Below are positions 9,055 through 16,892 of a stretch of 64,000 nt of DNA, one piece after another. Position 1 is the stretch's first letter. Each line of letters starts with the position of its first letter. Location: contig JAZSMD010000012.1 in the NCBI GenBank assembly GCA_045535665.1, positions 4,451-68,450 of the forward strand. Reading direction: 5' to 3'. The notes under the pieces were generated by a model. That model worked only from the letters and a program-made list of their open reading frames with translations. It ran no database searches and was not told where the DNA came from. Made by a program: the position numbers and the translations under genes. This DNA comes from Eubacteriales bacterium. GTDB lineage: Bacteria > Bacillota > Clostridia > Oscillospirales > UBA644.

Positions 9055-9912
9055 TCAGTTTTTACGCACAAATTCAATGGCGGACATTGCCGCTTTTGCA
9101 CCTTCACCTACAGCAACTGAAACCTGAAGTACTCCACCGATACAGTCACCTGCAGCAAACAGACCTGGAATACTTGTTTTCATTTTCTCATCAACTGTAA
9201 TTCTGTTGTTTTCCGTTTCTGCACCGATTTTTTTTGCAAAATCTGCAGCACCTGCAGTTCCCAACGCGACAAAAAGACCGTCGATTTCTGTTTTTTCTCC
9301 GTTTTCAAATTCAACGCCTTGAAGCTTTCCGTCTCCGTAAAGCTTTTTGATCTTCAGTTTTACGGCTTCCACATTTTCGGGAACTGATTCAGGCTCTTTT
9401 CCGTCTGTAAAGAGGTACACTTTTGCGGAGGTCGGAAGCAGTTCTTTTATTTCGTGATTTGCGTATTCGCCGTTTCCTAAAACGGCTACAGTTTTATTCC
9501 TGTAGAAGAACGCATCGCAAACGGCACAGTAGCTTACGCCCATGCCTTCAAATTCATTTATTCCTTCAATTTTAGCTTTGTTTCTCGGAGAGCCTACAGC
9601 TAAAATTACTGCTTTTGCAGAATAGTCACCTGCTGTTGTTTCTATTTTATAGTTTCCGTCCCAGTTTATTCCCACGGCTTCTGCGTTGAGAATGTCCGCA
9701 CCTAAATTTTCAGCTTGCTTCTTGCCGATTTCAATAAGCTCTGAGCCTGAAACAACTTTTTCCAATCCGTAATAGTTTTCTATTTTTTCTGCTTTTACCA
9801 AAGCACCGCCGTCTTTGCCTATAATAAGGCAACTCATGCCTGCTCTTTTTACATACAATGCCGCAGATATCCCCGCAGGTCCCATTCCGATAATAATTAC
9901 ATCATATAACAT
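9055..9912 (-). CDS. thioredoxin-reductase-like FAD flavoprotein (CAVC redox centre)
   Basis: GMGPAG FAD motif, CAVCD redox dithiol and GDC near the C-terminus. ATG at 9912 with a GGAG SD 9 nt upstream. No HRRxxxR motif visible. Confidence 0.8.
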   Translation of the reverse strand: MLYDVIIIGMGPAGISAALYVKRAGMSCLIIGKDGGALVKAEKIENYYGLEKVVSGSELIEIGKKQAENLGADILNAEAVGINWDGNYKIETTAGDYSAKAVILAVGSPRNKAKIEGINEFEGMGVSYCAVCDAFFYRNKTVAVLGNGEYANHEIKELLPTSAKVYLFTDGKEPESVPENVEAVKLKIKKLYGDGKLQGVEFENGEKTEIDGLFVALGTAGAADFAKKIGAETENNRITVDEKMKTSIPGLFAAGDCIGGVLQVSVAVGEGAKAAMSAIEFVRKN

Positions 9913-10178
9913 GAAATTCAACTCCTGTGTTTTTTTGAGTATAATATATCATATTATTGCCTGAAAGTCAAGAGTTTAGCCTCGATTTCCCTTTTTAAGA
10001 ATGTATGGTTACGAAAATTCGTATTTTTTGCAATATGATTAAGATTTTTTTTTGAAAGGTATATACAAATCGTATTTTTTATGATAAAATATTTGTATCA
10101 GTTTCGGTAGGTTGCCGAAACAGGTTTTTGATTTAAAAACTACTCTTATGTAGTTCCAATAGAAAGGTATGGTTTACA

Positions 10179-10862
10179 ATGAAAAAACTTTACGAAGGCA
10201 AAACAAAAGATGTTTACGCTCTTGACAATGGCAATGTTATGCTTAAATTCAAGGACGATTGCACAGGCAAAGACGGTGTATTTGATCCCGGTGAAAATAC
10301 TGTAGGTCTTACGATTGAAGGTATCGGCAAAGCAAATCTCCAGACGTCCATTCATTACTTTGAGCTCCTCAAACAGGCAGGCATCAAAACTCACTATGTA
10401 AGTGCCGATGTTGAGAATGCTACCATGGAAGTTCTCCCCGGTAAAGTATTCGGTCACGGTCTTGAAGTTATCTGCAGACTCGTTGCTACGGGAAGCTTCA
10501 TTCGCAGATACGGTGAATATATTGCAGACGGCACACCCCTCGAAGGCGGTTATGTTGAATGTACTTTCAAAAACGATGCTAAAGGTGACCCCCTTGTAAC
10601 AGGCGAAGGTCTTGCAGCTCTCGGAGTTATGTCTCCCGCAATGTTTGAAAGTATGAAAGAACAGACTCTTAAGATCACAAAGATCGTTGCTGATGACCTT
10701 AAATCCATTGGACTTGATCTTTGGGATATTAAGTTTGAATTCGGTTACAACAATGATGAAGTTATCCTCATTGACGAAATTGCTTCCGGTAATATGAGAG
10801 TTTATAAAGACGGTCAGATCGTTGATCCCGTTGAACTTACAAAACTTATCCTTAACAGATAA
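10179..10862 (+). CDS. purC: phosphoribosylaminoimidazole-succinocarboxamide (SAICAR) synthase
   Basis: [17 protein letters not shown]-terminus and PurC-like length. Monocistronic, with terminator 10879..10918. Confidence 0.9.
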   Translation: MKKLYEGKTKDVYALDNGNVMLKFKDDCTGKDGVFDPGENTVGLTIEGIGKANLQTSIHYFELLKQAGIKTHYVSADVENATMEVLPGKVFGHGLEVICRLVATGSFIRRYGEYIADGTPLEGGYVECTFKNDAKGDPLVTGEGLAALGVMSPAMFESMKEQTLKITKIVADDLKSIGLDLWDIKFEFGYNNDEVILIDEIASGNMRVYKDGQIVDPVELTKLILNR

Positions 10863-10878
10863 TCTAAGATGATATTTA

Positions 10879-10918
10879 AAACAGCTTTAGAAGAAGTATC
10901 TCTTCCGAAGCTGTTTTT
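10879..10918 (+). terminator. terminator after purC
   Basis: AAACAGCTT...AAGCTGTTT stem followed by a T run. Confidence 0.7.
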
Positions 10919-10966
10919 GCTTTTTATTCTGTTTGTGTTGTTTTTATTTTTTGTGGTGGAAATAGC

Positions 10967-10995
10967 TTGACAAGTTCGTATTGATATAGTATAAT
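10967..10995 (+). promoter_or_regulatory. promoter for DUF4838 paralog 1 (TTGACA-17-TATAAT)
   Basis: Consensus hexamers at 10967..10972 and 10990..10995. Confidence 0.6.
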
Positions 10996-11033
10996 AAATA
11001 TGCTCATAAAAATTGAAAAAGGAGGATTTCTGT

Positions 11034-13130
11034 ATGAGTAAAAAACTTTTAAGCATACTGTTGGCTATTTCTATGTTGTTAACAATACTTGCAGCATGTA
11101 ACAATGAAACTGTTGATAATGTGGAGAACTCAGATGGTCCACAGCAAGAGGAGAATTTAAATGAAGATCAGGGTGGTGAAGAGGTTGTTATGTCTGAAAC
11201 TGTAGATATTATTGTTGATGGTGCTTCCGAATACGTTATTGTTCGCGGTGAAAACGCTTCCCCCTCAGAAATTACTGCGGCTTCCGAGCTTCAATCTTAT
11301 TTGAAGCAGATCAGCGGTGCGGAGCTTACTATTGTTACAGATTCCACTGCTGCTGTTGAAAAGGAAATTATCGTAGGTAAAACAAACCGTGAATCCGAAG
11401 GCGAATTTGACAGAGCTGAACTTGGAGATGACGGATTTGTAATCAAGACCAATGAAGGAAAACTTTGGCTTGTTGGCGGAGAACAGCGCGGAACTCTTTA
11501 TTCTGTGTATACTTTCCTTGAAAACTATCTCGGCTGCCGTTTCTATACAGCGGATTTTGAAAAAATTCCCGAGCAAAAAACTATTTCTTTGAAAATTGAT
11601 GAAGATAAGCAAATTCCCGTATTTGAAACACGAAACTCTTTCTGGTATGAAATGTATAACCATAACCTCAGTGCTAAACTTAAGATAAACTGCCGCAGAG
11701 GTCGTGGTGATATTCCTGCAGAATTGGGTGGAAGTCTTTCTTGGGCAGGTGGAGAATGTCATACACTTTATGCTTTGGCTGAGATGACAGGCGACCATAT
11801 GTGGAATGAGCCTTGTCTTACAAGTGATGACGTTTACAATACGGTTCTTAAAAATGTAAGAGCATTACTTGATGCCAATCCTTCAGCAAAATTCGTTTCT
11901 ATTTCCCAGAACGACAGTGATAATGAGCGTGTAGGCTGTGAATGTGATAACTGCATGGCTGTTTATAATAAATACGGTTGTTGGACGGGTCCTTACCTTG
12001 AATTTGTAAACCGTGTGGCAAGAGTTATCAAAGAAGAATATCCCGATGTTATGATCCATACCTTTGCATATCGTTTTACAAGACTTGTTCCTGAAGGTCT
12101 TATTCCGGAGGATAATGTTATGGTTCAGCTTTGTACTATTGAAGCTGATTTCAGACATCCTCTTGAAGAGTATAAATCTCGTACACCTGAGTCTGAATAC
12201 TCTTATATTGATGACTTTGCGGCACTCCTTAAGGATTGGGGCAAAGTATGTAAGTATATTTCTGTATGGGATTACACCACAGACTTCGGTGATTATTCAA
12301 TGACATTCCCGAATTTTGATGTTTTAAGACAGAATATCAGACTTTTTGCAGACAACAATGTTAAAAATCTTTTTGAACAGGGTGGATATCAGTCCACAAA
12401 CGGTGAATTCGGTGAGCTTAGAGGCTATATTATTGCAAGACTTCTTTGGAATCCTTATATGACAGAAGATGAATATTGGGCAATGATCGATGAATTTATT
12501 ATGGATTATTACGGCCCAGGTGGTACATATATCAGAGAATATATAGATCTTGCTTTGGATATTACTGCTGATGTTCGTATGGGTTGCGGCAATGACCTTA
12601 TGGATCTTTATCCTTCAACTAAGGATGAAACCAATAAAAACAGAGAGCTCCCCACAGACCTTACTCTTGAAGATTTGAAGACTCCCGAAAATGTGGATTG
12701 GACAAAATATCAGGACTGGTATATTACTGTTGAACCCAATGAAATTATAACAAAGGGTTACGAATTCTTTAATGCAGCTCTCGAACTTGCTGAAAATGAT
12801 GCACAGAGAAGTCGTATAAATAAATCAATGATTCAGGTTGAGTACATTGATTCTTATTTCAGATCATACCACAAGGTAATTCGTCAGAATAATATTATAA
12901 AGGTTGTAAGAGGCATTGCGTCCCAGAGTCTTTTCGGTAGAGATGTAAATGTTGTGGTTAATGATGTTATGAAGACTGTACGAGCTTTAAATGATGAAGA
13001 GTACTATAATTTTAATCTTAATCTTGTAAATAAGATGCGTTCCTTTAATATTTGGTTGTCAAAAGAAGGCGGGCATTTCCCTGCAAATGAAAATCTTAAA
13101 CTGAATGTTGCTCCTGATGATTGGTATTAA
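11034..13130 (+). CDS. DUF4838-family lipoprotein (paralog 1), putative glycan-active
   Basis: AGGAGG SD before ATG 11034. Lipobox LAAC. Blocks shared with 18031 and 53811: SEYVIVRGENASP, VGKTNRES, RGTLY, YLGCRFYT, QND...CxCxxC. Confidence 0.8.
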   Translation: MSKKLLSILLAISMLLTILAACNNETVDNVENSDGPQQEENLNEDQGGEEVVMSETVDIIVDGASEYVIVRGENASPSEITAASELQSYLKQISGAELTIVTDSTAAVEKEIIVGKTNRESEGEFDRAELGDDGFVIKTNEGKLWLVGGEQRGTLYSVYTFLENYLGCRFYTADFEKIPEQKTISLKIDEDKQIPVFETRNSFWYEMYNHNLSAKLKINCRRGRGDIPAELGGSLSWAGGECHTLYALAEMTGDHMWNEPCLTSDDVYNTVLKNVRALLDANPSAKFVSISQNDSDNERVGCECDNCMAVYNKYGCWTGPYLEFVNRVARVIKEEYPDVMIHTFAYRFTRLVPEGLIPEDNVMVQLCTIEADFRHPLEEYKSRTPESEYSYIDDFAALLKDWGKVCKYISVWDYTTDFGDYSMTFPNFDVLRQNIRLFADNNVKNLFEQGGYQSTNGEFGELRGYIIARLLWNPYMTEDEYWAMIDEFIMDYYGPGGTYIREYIDLALDITADVRMGCGNDLMDLYPSTKDETNKNRELPTDLTLEDLKTPENVDWTKYQDWYITVEPNEIITKGYEFFNAALELAENDAQRSRINKSMIQVEYIDSYFRSYHKVIRQNNIIKVVRGIASQSLFGRDVNVVVNDVMKTVRALNDEEYYNFNLNLVNKMRSFNIWLSKEGGHFPANENLKLNVAPDDWY

Positions 13131-13133
13131 ACT

Positions 13134-13169
13134 GAATAATTAAGTGAATAATTAAGTGAATAATTAAGT
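13134..13169. repeat. 3 x 12-bp tandem repeat (GAATAATTAAGT)
   Basis: Three exact units at 13134..13145, 13146..13157 and 13158..13169, directly after the stop codon. The last unit forms the base of the terminator stem. Confidence 0.8.
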
Positions 13170-13210
13170 AGTGGAATTTTCTTGAAAAAGCGAAATTCCA
13201 CTACTTAATT
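13162..13210 (+). terminator. terminator after DUF4838 paralog 1
   Basis: 18-bp perfect stem (AATTAAGTAGTGGAATTT / AAATTCCACTACTTAATT) with a 13-nt loop. Confidence 0.7.
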
Positions 13211-13282
13211 TACTATCTTCGGTAGAAAAAGACACAAATATATGGTATAATAATTCAAAAATACGGTGTTCGGAGTCGAATT

Positions 13283-13771
13283 ATGAAAAGTTACAGAATT
13301 TCATCAGTTCAAATGGAAAATTTACCGATGTGTCTCGATACGATACATCGGGCATTTAAGCTGAACTGCGACAGGTTCGGCTTTACCCGTGAAAATTACC
13401 CTACCTGTGCGGCATTTATGACGTTAGATGACTTAAAAAAAGCAAAAGAGTCGGGAACTCATATTTACGCTGTTTGGGTCGACAGTAGAATTGCAGGCTG
13501 TGTTCAACTGAAACGCCATGAAAATGATGTTTATTGGCTTCGTCGTTTTGCGGTTTTGCCGGAATATCAGAATCTCGGCTTTGGCAAGGAGCTTATTTCT
13601 TTCTGTAAGCATAAGGCTAAGGAGTATGGAGGTAAAAAGATTCAGCTTTTGATGGTCTACGAAAACGAACAGCTTAGAAATCTTTATACTTCCTGCGGTT
13701 TTATCCTTAAAGAAACACGTCGTGATGAAGAACATCCGTTTTTGTGCGGTATTTACGAAATGGAACTATAA
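13283..13771 (+). CDS. GNAT family N-acetyltransferase
   Basis: 162 aa. Acetyl-CoA-binding-type segment RRFAVLPEYQNLGFGKELI. GGAG SD. Confidence 0.8.
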   Translation: MKSYRISSVQMENLPMCLDTIHRAFKLNCDRFGFTRENYPTCAAFMTLDDLKKAKESGTHIYAVWVDSRIAGCVQLKRHENDVYWLRRFAVLPEYQNLGFGKELISFCKHKAKEYGGKKIQLLMVYENEQLRNLYTSCGFILKETRRDEEHPFLCGIYEMEL

Positions 13772-13787
13772 TAAAAAGTGATTTATT

Positions 13788-13829
13788 GTGGGAAAACTTT
13801 CTTTTCGCGGAAAAAGAAAGTTTTCCCAC
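13788..13829 (+). terminator. GGGAAAACTTT-family palindromic terminator (copy b)
   Basis: 18-bp perfect stem, 17 nt after the GNAT stop. Confidence 0.65.
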
Positions 13830-13900
13830 GCCCTTTCAAAGAAAACCAATATATGAAGTAAAGAACATAATATCATATTAAAATGCAAGGAGTTTTTTAT

Positions 13901-14914
13901 ATGTTAAAGTATATTTCAAAGGATATACCTCAGTATAAGGCAAATATCCATTGTCACAGCACGTTGTCGGATGGAAAGCTTACACCGGAACAGTTGAAAC
14001 AGGCTTATAAGGATAAGGGCTATTCCATATTATCAATTACCGATCATGAGTATCCTTATGATCACTCGGATATGAACGAAAAAGATTTTCTTATGCTCAC
14101 AGGGTATGAGGCTTATATCCGTCCTTCTGACAAATATAACCAATATCAGCCCGAGGTTCATATAAATCTGATAGCTAAAGATCCTCATAATGTCCGTTAT
14201 ATAAATTTCAACGATAATTACTGCAAATATGTAAAGGATCAGTCTATACGTGACGGCTTTGAGAAAGTCGGATCAATGCGCCCCCGTGAATATACCGTTG
14301 AATACATTAACGATTTTGTAAAAACAGCCATTGAGAACGGGTATCTTTGTACTCACAATCATGCTGTCTGGTCTTTGGAAGATCAAGAGATGATCTCCGA
14401 ATATGAAGGCTTTTTCAGTATGGAGATGTGTAATTACAGCAGTTTTGTAAGTAACCGTACAGAATATAACGCGCCTCTTTACGACAGACTTCTCCGTGAG
14501 GGTAAGCGACTTTTTGTACACAGCGCAGACGATAATCATAATGAATTTCCTCTTGACAGCTTTAAAAATGACTCTTTTGGCGGTTTTGCAATGGTATTAT
14601 CAAAAGATCTTGAATATTCATCTGTAATTGAAGCTTTGGAAAAAGGCGATTTTTATTCTTCCATGGGTCCTTGCATTAAGGAACTTACCTTTGACGGAAA
14701 TAAAGTCCATATTGAAACAGATCCTGTACGACAGATCACAATGTTTACAGGCGGAAAGAAAACGTATTTTGTTACAGGTGATGATTTCTCTCCCGTAACT
14801 TCTGCGGACTTTGAGATTCCCGAATCAGCTCCTTTTGTAAGATTCAGTGCATATGACCTTCAGGGTAGATACGCTGATACAAGAGGCTTCTTCCGTGACG
14901 AATTAGGTATTTGA
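13901..14914 (+). CDS. PHP domain phosphoesterase
   Basis: N-terminal ANIHCHSTLSDG...SITDHE PHP metal-binding motifs. AAGGAG SD before ATG 13901. Confidence 0.75.
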   Translation: MLKYISKDIPQYKANIHCHSTLSDGKLTPEQLKQAYKDKGYSILSITDHEYPYDHSDMNEKDFLMLTGYEAYIRPSDKYNQYQPEVHINLIAKDPHNVRYINFNDNYCKYVKDQSIRDGFEKVGSMRPREYTVEYINDFVKTAIENGYLCTHNHAVWSLEDQEMISEYEGFFSMEMCNYSSFVSNRTEYNAPLYDRLLREGKRLFVHSADDNHNEFPLDSFKNDSFGGFAMVLSKDLEYSSVIEALEKGDFYSSMGPCIKELTFDGNKVHIETDPVRQITMFTGGKKTYFVTGDDFSPVTSADFEIPESAPFVRFSAYDLQGRYADTRGFFRDELGI

Positions 14915-14989
14915 CTGTTCAAAAACGGCTTTGCAACCGTAAAAATGTAAAAGAAACCCATAGTTGACGGATTGCAAGGTGTGTGTTGG

Positions 14990-15018
14990 TTGTTTTTATC
15001 GTGAAAACATGATATAAT
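14990..15018 (+). promoter_or_regulatory. promoter for XRE-TM regulator 1 (TTGTTT-17-TGaTATAAT)
   Basis: Extended -10 at 15010..15018, with the -35 at 14990..14995. Confidence 0.5.
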
Positions 15019-15029
15019 TACGGTGTAAA

Positions 15030-15053
15030 AGTTTGAAAATGAATTTTCAAACT
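15030..15053. promoter_or_regulatory. perfect 24-bp palindrome AGTTTGAAAAT-GA-ATTTTCAAACT (putative operator or 5' stem-loop), copy A
   Basis: 11-bp arms are exact reverse complements. Starts 12 nt after the -10 box. A near-identical copy lies at 24221..24244. Confidence 0.5.
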
Positions 15054-15152
15054 CAGCCTTTTATGGCGTCTGAACCGTTAATCGTGGCTCGCCATAAAAC
15101 GCTGTGTATTAAAGAAAGGTATAGTCATAAAAATGAAAGAGAGGTCTGTACT

Positions 15153-16121
15153 ATGATCTTAGCTGACAAAATTATTAAATTAAGAAAAAAGAATGGTTGG
15201 TCTCAGGAAGAGCTTGCGGAAAAAATGGAAGTTTCACGTCAAGCGGTTTCCAAGTGGGAGGGAGCACAGACTGTTCCTGATTTAGAGAAGATCTTACGAT
15301 TGAGTAATCTTTTCGGGGTAACTACAGACTATCTGTTAAAGGATGAGCTTGAAACAGAAGAATTTTCCGGAACTGATTCAGATTCAGGTTTGAGAAAGGT
15401 GACAATGGAAGAAGCTCATGCATATCTCAGTCACCGCACATGGGCGGCAAAAATAATATCATTGGCTACTGTTCTTTGTATTTTATCTCCCATGACTTTA
15501 ATCGTATTGGCAATTTTGGATATTCATGAGATCTTTGATACTTCTGATTTTGGAGCAATCACCGGTCTGATTGTTTTGTTTTTAATGGTAGCGGTTGCTG
15601 TTGCATTGTTTATATATTGCGGATTTAAAAATTCCCCCTATGAATTCCTTGATAAAGAGAATTTTGAGGCAGAATACGGTGTCCGTGGTATGGTAAAAGA
15701 AAAACAGAAAGCATTTCGCGGTACATACATCAAAATGAGTATCGTAGCAACTGTTTTGTGTATCTTAGCTCCCGTACCCTTAATAATCGGTGCTCTTTCC
15801 AATAACGCAATAGCTTTTTACTGCACGTTGGCGGCTTTGATATTTATGGTTGCAATTGCCGTAACGATGTTTATTTATTCCGGAGTTCGCTATGCAAGTA
15901 TGCAGCGGCTTCTGAGGGAAGGCGAGTTTGACAATAAGCGTAAATACAGAGTCAGAGAATCCATTGAAACTTGCTATTGGCTTCTTGCAACTGCAATATA
16001 TCTTGCCTGGAGCTTTATTTCGGGAGATTGGTCTGTGACTTGGGTGGTGTGGCCAGTTGCGGGAGTTCTTTCTGCTGTTGTAACATTGATCTTGAACCTT
16101 GTATTTGATAAAAAGAACTAA
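15153..16121 (+). CDS. membrane-anchored XRE-family HTH regulator (1)
   Basis: HTH_3 N-terminus (LRKKNGWSQEELAEKMEVSRQAVSKWEG) followed by four TM segments that form an internal duplication. Start at ATG 15153 (GAGAGG SD), not the listed TTG at 15033. Confidence 0.8.
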   Translation: MILADKIIKLRKKNGWSQEELAEKMEVSRQAVSKWEGAQTVPDLEKILRLSNLFGVTTDYLLKDELETEEFSGTDSDSGLRKVTMEEAHAYLSHRTWAAKIISLATVLCILSPMTLIVLAILDIHEIFDTSDFGAITGLIVLFLMVAVAVALFIYCGFKNSPYEFLDKENFEAEYGVRGMVKEKQKAFRGTYIKMSIVATVLCILAPVPLIIGALSNNAIAFYCTLAALIFMVAIAVTMFIYSGVRYASMQRLLREGEFDNKRKYRVRESIETCYWLLATAIYLAWSFISGDWSVTWVVWPVAGVLSAVVTLILNLVFDKKN

Positions 16122-16134
16122 ATAAAATAATAAA

Positions 16135-16173
16135 TGGGAAAATCTTATTTTTTGTGGAAAGAAGATTTTCCCA
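16135..16173 (+). terminator. GGGAAAA-family palindromic terminator (copy c, diverged)
   Basis: 12-bp stem TGGGAAAATCTT/AAGATTTTCCCA, 14 nt after the XRE-TM 1 stop. Confidence 0.6.
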
Positions 16174-16356
16174 TATGTTTTTTATCTGAGTTTGTACGTT
16201 GTTTTTTCGTGGAGATTTTTGTAAATTCAAGTCGAAAATATACTTATTTATCGTTTTAAACTTCTGTCTTGATAAAATATTTAAAGATTTTATATAATAA
16301 AACTGTGAGGTTGTCAACATTTATCGTAAGAAAATGCGATTTTATTCGTAAATACG

Positions 16357-16385
16357 TTGATATGTCAGCGTTTTTGTGGTATAAT
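16357..16385 (+). promoter_or_regulatory. promoter for the small ORF at 16453 (TTGATA-17-TGgTATAAT)
   Basis: Hexamers at 16357..16362 and 16380..16385. Confidence 0.55.
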
Positions 16386-16452
16386 AGTCTTCCAAATTGA
16401 ATCTGACATGTCAGAGCAAACAAAACGAATCCAAAAAGTAAGGAGCATTAAG

Positions 16453-16689
16453 ATGAAAAAGGTTATTTGCAAGGTAGAATATGATACCGAAGTTTCCGAA
16501 GTAGTTGCTAAATTCACAAGCGGCGAAATGGGCGATCCTGCAGGTTATGAAGAAACTCTTTATAAAACTGAATCAGGCAAATTCTTCCTTTATGTAAACG
16601 GCGGTGCTGAATCTGTTCACCCCGAAGAAAACATAACCAGAATGTCTGCTGCAAAAGCTGACGAATGGCGTAAAGAAAAGAACGTATAA
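16453..16689 (+). CDS. small hypothetical protein (78 aa)
   Basis: AAGGAG SD before ATG 16453. Own promoter (16357..16385) and terminator (16721..16754). No recognisable domain. Confidence 0.55.
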   Translation: MKKVICKVEYDTEVSEVVAKFTSGEMGDPAGYEETLYKTESGKFFLYVNGGAESVHPEENITRMSAAKADEWRKEKNV

Positions 16690-16720
16690 TTTCTTGCGTT
16701 AAAACTGAATCGATACCGAT

Positions 16721-16763
16721 AAGGCGATCAAGCATTTTTGTGCTTAATCGCCTTTTCAATTTT
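16721..16763 (+). terminator. terminator after the small ORF at 16453
   Basis: 14-bp stem with one mismatch, a TTTTTG loop and a T-rich tail. Confidence 0.65.
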
Positions 16764-16833
16764 GGTTTTAGCTGATTTTATAGGGAAAAAAGACCTCTCT
16801 ACCGTAGGTTTAGTAAAATAAACCCCGAAGGTG

Positions 16834-16862
16834 TTGACTTTTGAACTGAAATTGTGTATAAT
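16834..16862 (+). promoter_or_regulatory. promoter for XRE-TM regulator 2 (TTGACT-17-TATAAT)
   Basis: Hexamers at 16834..16839 and 16857..16862. Confidence 0.55.
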
Positions 16863-16892
16863 TTTGATAAAATATCTTTTGGAGGATAGCAA

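Noticed and set aside
9961-10178. Possible purine or ZTP riboswitch upstream of purC.
   Set aside because: The leader lacks the conserved purine-riboswitch junction and loop sequences and the ZTP GGGUCGUGAC / CCGCCUGGGCA-type cores. Only a simple GTTTCGG...CCGAAAC hairpin is present.
15033-15152. N-terminal extensions implied by the ORF track. Examples are 15033, 16357, 20291, 22431, 26535, 28944, 45355, 52182 and 59053 on the plus strand, and 2530, 6054, 9107, 51971 and 58951 on the minus strand.
   Set aside because: In each case an internal ATG (or TTG) with a well-spaced GGAGG-type SD gives the N-terminus typical of the family. The upstream in-frame codons overlap promoters, leaders or terminators.
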